A stretch of 64,000 nt of DNA from Podarcis erhardii (lineage: Eukaryota). The notes under the pieces are model-generated. The model was not told the DNA's origin, searched no databases, and worked only from the letters and a program-made list of their open reading frames with translations. Both the position numbers and the translations under genes were made by a program. Positions within the stretch are counted from its first letter, which is position 1. The number at the start of each line of letters is the position of its first letter. Below are positions 61,796 through 64,000 of the stretch, one piece after another. Where the stretch lies: assembly GCA_964252035.1 (NCBI GenBank), contig OZ176213.1; one strand, given 5' to 3'.

Positions 61796-62020
61796 AGGCT
61801 GGAAACTGCCCAGACAATACCATAGCAACCAGCGATGTCACAGCTGAGGGCACCAACAATGTGACAGTGGAGAGTGCTCTGACCTCTGTTGAGATGGAGG
61901 AGAGTGGCAAAGGGAGCGCTGAGGCCGCCTGTGAGGAGCAGGGGAAGCTGTCCTTGCGCATGAACCTTGTGACCCCTGTGACGGAAGAGAGTGACGAGTC
62001 CCTGCCCTTCAGCCTGGACA
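61796..62020 (+). CDS. TP53BP1: TP53BP1 exon (NCPDNTIATSDV...KLSLRMNLVTP...ESLPFSLD)
   Basis: Matches STIATSDV and KLCLRMKLVSP...ESLQFNLE. Donor GACA|gtaaga. Confidence 0.92.
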
Positions 62021-62031
62021 GTAAGAGATTC

Positions 62032-62555
62032 CTTTATGCCACTACAGCCGCAAGAATTATGTTGGCACAAAACTGGAAAACGGAAACTATACCTAGCATA
62101 AGCGATTGGCAGGTTAAAATGGTAAATTATGCCAAGCTTGCTAGACTAACAGGTAGAATACAAGACCAAGATGAACAGAAATTTCATAAAAATTGGAATA
62201 AATATTGGAAGTATATTGGAAACAATTTGTAGAGGGCACTGGCGGTGTTGGAATAACTCTAACAATGAGTGGCTAATATTTAAGATCAAAAATAAAATAC
62301 GTGACTGTAGAATTTATTTGATACTTACCAAAAGGGTGGAGGGGAGTCCAAGGCTCGGTAGAGCCCAAATATTGTGATTTTTAGATTTTTTGGTCTTTTC
62401 TTTTTGTATAATTGGGGGAGGGAATATGATAAACTATGTAAATGAACTATACTTATATTTATATGTATACTGATATGTTTATTTGTGTATTTTATATCTA
62501 CATTGATATGTTTAGTTGCATAGCTTGAATAAAAATGTATTGGATAAAAAAAAAA
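62032..62555 (+). mobile_element. 5'-truncated L1-clade LINE (ORF2 C-terminus + 3'UTR + polyA), TSD AGAGATTC
   Basis: Encodes FLYATTAARIMLAQNWK...DWQVKMVNYAKLARLT, recalled as the squamate L1 ORF2 end. AATAAA 62528-62533, A10 62546-62555; AGAGATTC at 62024-62031 and 62557-62564. Confidence 0.85.
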
Positions 62556-62866
62556 GAGAGATTCAGTGCAAGAGCAGTTGCGGAGCGATGGTCCCCTGCC
62601 CTGGACTAGTGACTCCAAACAGTACTGACTACTTGACTAGCAGTCTTTATAGTTCTCATGATTCCATCTCTTCCTGGGAAGGGCTGATTTGGCAGTGCTG
62701 TTGGAAACACTTGCAGAAACCTGGCCCTTTAGGCAAGGAAGAGGTGGTCCTTGTCCTGGGCAAGTTGTGAAGAAAATGGCAAGGCTTTCTAACTGGGTGG
62801 TGACTTTTGATCCAAAGTGTTTGGGAGGGGGTGGAATGCTTCTAATGCCTTCCTCTTTGCCCCCAG

Positions 62867-62918
62867 AGCCCACATCCAGTGAAAAGAAGAACGGGTCTGT
62901 CACAGGAGTTGTTTCCAG
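62867..62918 (+). CDS. TP53BP1: TP53BP1 small exon (PTSSEKKNGSVTGVVS)
   Basis: Homologous to PATGERKNGSTAV; phase 1 to 2; donor CAG|gtaata. Confidence 0.85.
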
Positions 62919-63406
62919 GTAATAGGCAGGTACTGGTACTTAAGCCCTTTGTGACAGAGCTGAATGGCATCTGCTGGGAAAGGGGGGGGGGTGTGCTTAT
63001 GTGCCATCCTCCTGCCATCCAGTTTAGGCCCAACTGGGCCAGACTGACAGTATCTCTAGGGCTGCTTTCATCAGTTTTCCCCATGCGTGGGTGAACTGCC
63101 CATGTCAGAGAGGGCTGAGCCCCAGAAAGGTATTTGGAGGGGCAGGAAAACGTGTCTTGCTCCCTCTATCCTTCCAGATACTCGTAGCTGCTGCTAGGGA
63201 GGTGAAGGATGTTGGTATTTAATGGCATCTGAGGGGTTTTCTGAACTAGAGGTCCTTGTGGGTGCTTGAGGCCCCAGCATTCTGGAGCAGTTTCTGGGGC
63301 CACCAAATACTGGCCAGGTTGCCTCACTGCTAGCAGCTCATAGGCCTTAGCTATTTCTTTGGCAGGATTGAAACTTTCTGAGCCTGTCTCTCTCTTCTGC
63401 CTATAG

Positions 63407-63502
63407 CTCCCGGAAGGTGCCATCCGTCTTCACTCGAGTCTGTGAAGTACAGCGTGAAGAAGACAAGGCTCAACGCCCTGAGCTGCCTTGTCCACTATTC
63501 AG
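63407..63502 (+). CDS. TP53BP1: TP53BP1 exon (SRKVPSVFTRVCEVQREE...) with GC donor
   Basis: Homologous to SVLSCICEARQE. Donor CAG|gcaagt; phase fits the next exon. Confidence 0.8.
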
Positions 63503-63880
63503 GCAAGTCCATGGAAGGCTTCCCTGGTGCTGTCTCTAGGGCTGTCTCTGCACAACTTCCCTTCCACATGAACTAATAACTCATCCCAGTGTGGGAATGT
63601 TCAGGGATGCAGGAGAGGATATATTGTGTGATTATATCCTTATCCAACTTGTGTTAACAAGTTCCCAATATCAGCAGAGTAAAAACATTCCCCTTTATCT
63701 TAAGTTTGCAACGGTAGCGTCTGCTCAGGTTCTAGCGAAGGGAGAACTTTGCCTTTGTATCTGCTTCTGGGTTCCCTAGGAACATCTGACTTGCCCCTGC
63801 TGGTAACAGAAGACGAGATTTGGATACACATTCATTGTGATCTGGCAGAGCTCCTCTCATGCTTTTCTGATTGCTTTCAG

Positions 63881-64000
63881 GGGTGACCTGTTCAATTTCC
63901 CAAGTTCCCAGGAGGAGCAGGAGCCACCTGCAACCTGGCAAAGCCAGCGAAGGCTTGTGCCCCTGGGTTGTGGACCAGTCCAGGACTCTGGCTTGAGTGC
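63881..64000 (+). CDS. TP53BP1: TP53BP1 exon (GDLFNFPSSQEE...), truncated by window end
   Basis: Homologous to GNLLHFPSSQGEEE. Acceptor ttgctttcag. Confidence 0.85.

Overview
Vertebrate genomic DNA, most likely a lacertid lizard (inferred from a Sauria-SINE subfamily plus Squam-type SINEs, CR1, L2, Rex1 and L1 fragments). It carries the conserved PPIP5K1 - MAP1A - TP53BP1 block. (1) The 3' end of PPIP5K1 lies on + (exons 854-9083), with several symmetric phase-1 cassette exons. (2) MAP1A is complete on -: 7 coding exons from ATG 47470 to TGA 14505, 9228 nt or about 3075 aa, including an 8353-bp exon and a probable internal CpG-island promoter near 33-34 kb for the shorter MDG-start isoform. 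(3) The 5' part of TP53BP1 lies on +: 14 coding exons from ATG 52647 to the window end, with splice phases consistent throughout, head-to-head with MAP1A. Introns hold many transposon fragments. No prokaryote-type systems (CRISPR, operons) are present. The most notable observations: a TSD-flanked L1 3' fragment inserted a few bases into a TP53BP1 5' splice site, in frame with the exon and bringing its own poly(A) signal; an RBFOX-motif-flanked 183-nt cassette exon and a candidate 21-nt microexon in PPIP5K1; two RFX X-boxes centred on the two MAP1A start codons; a candidate 55-nt poison exon in MAP1A intron 1; and a SINE nested in a SINE. Gene identities and repeat family names come from recalled homology, not from database searches.
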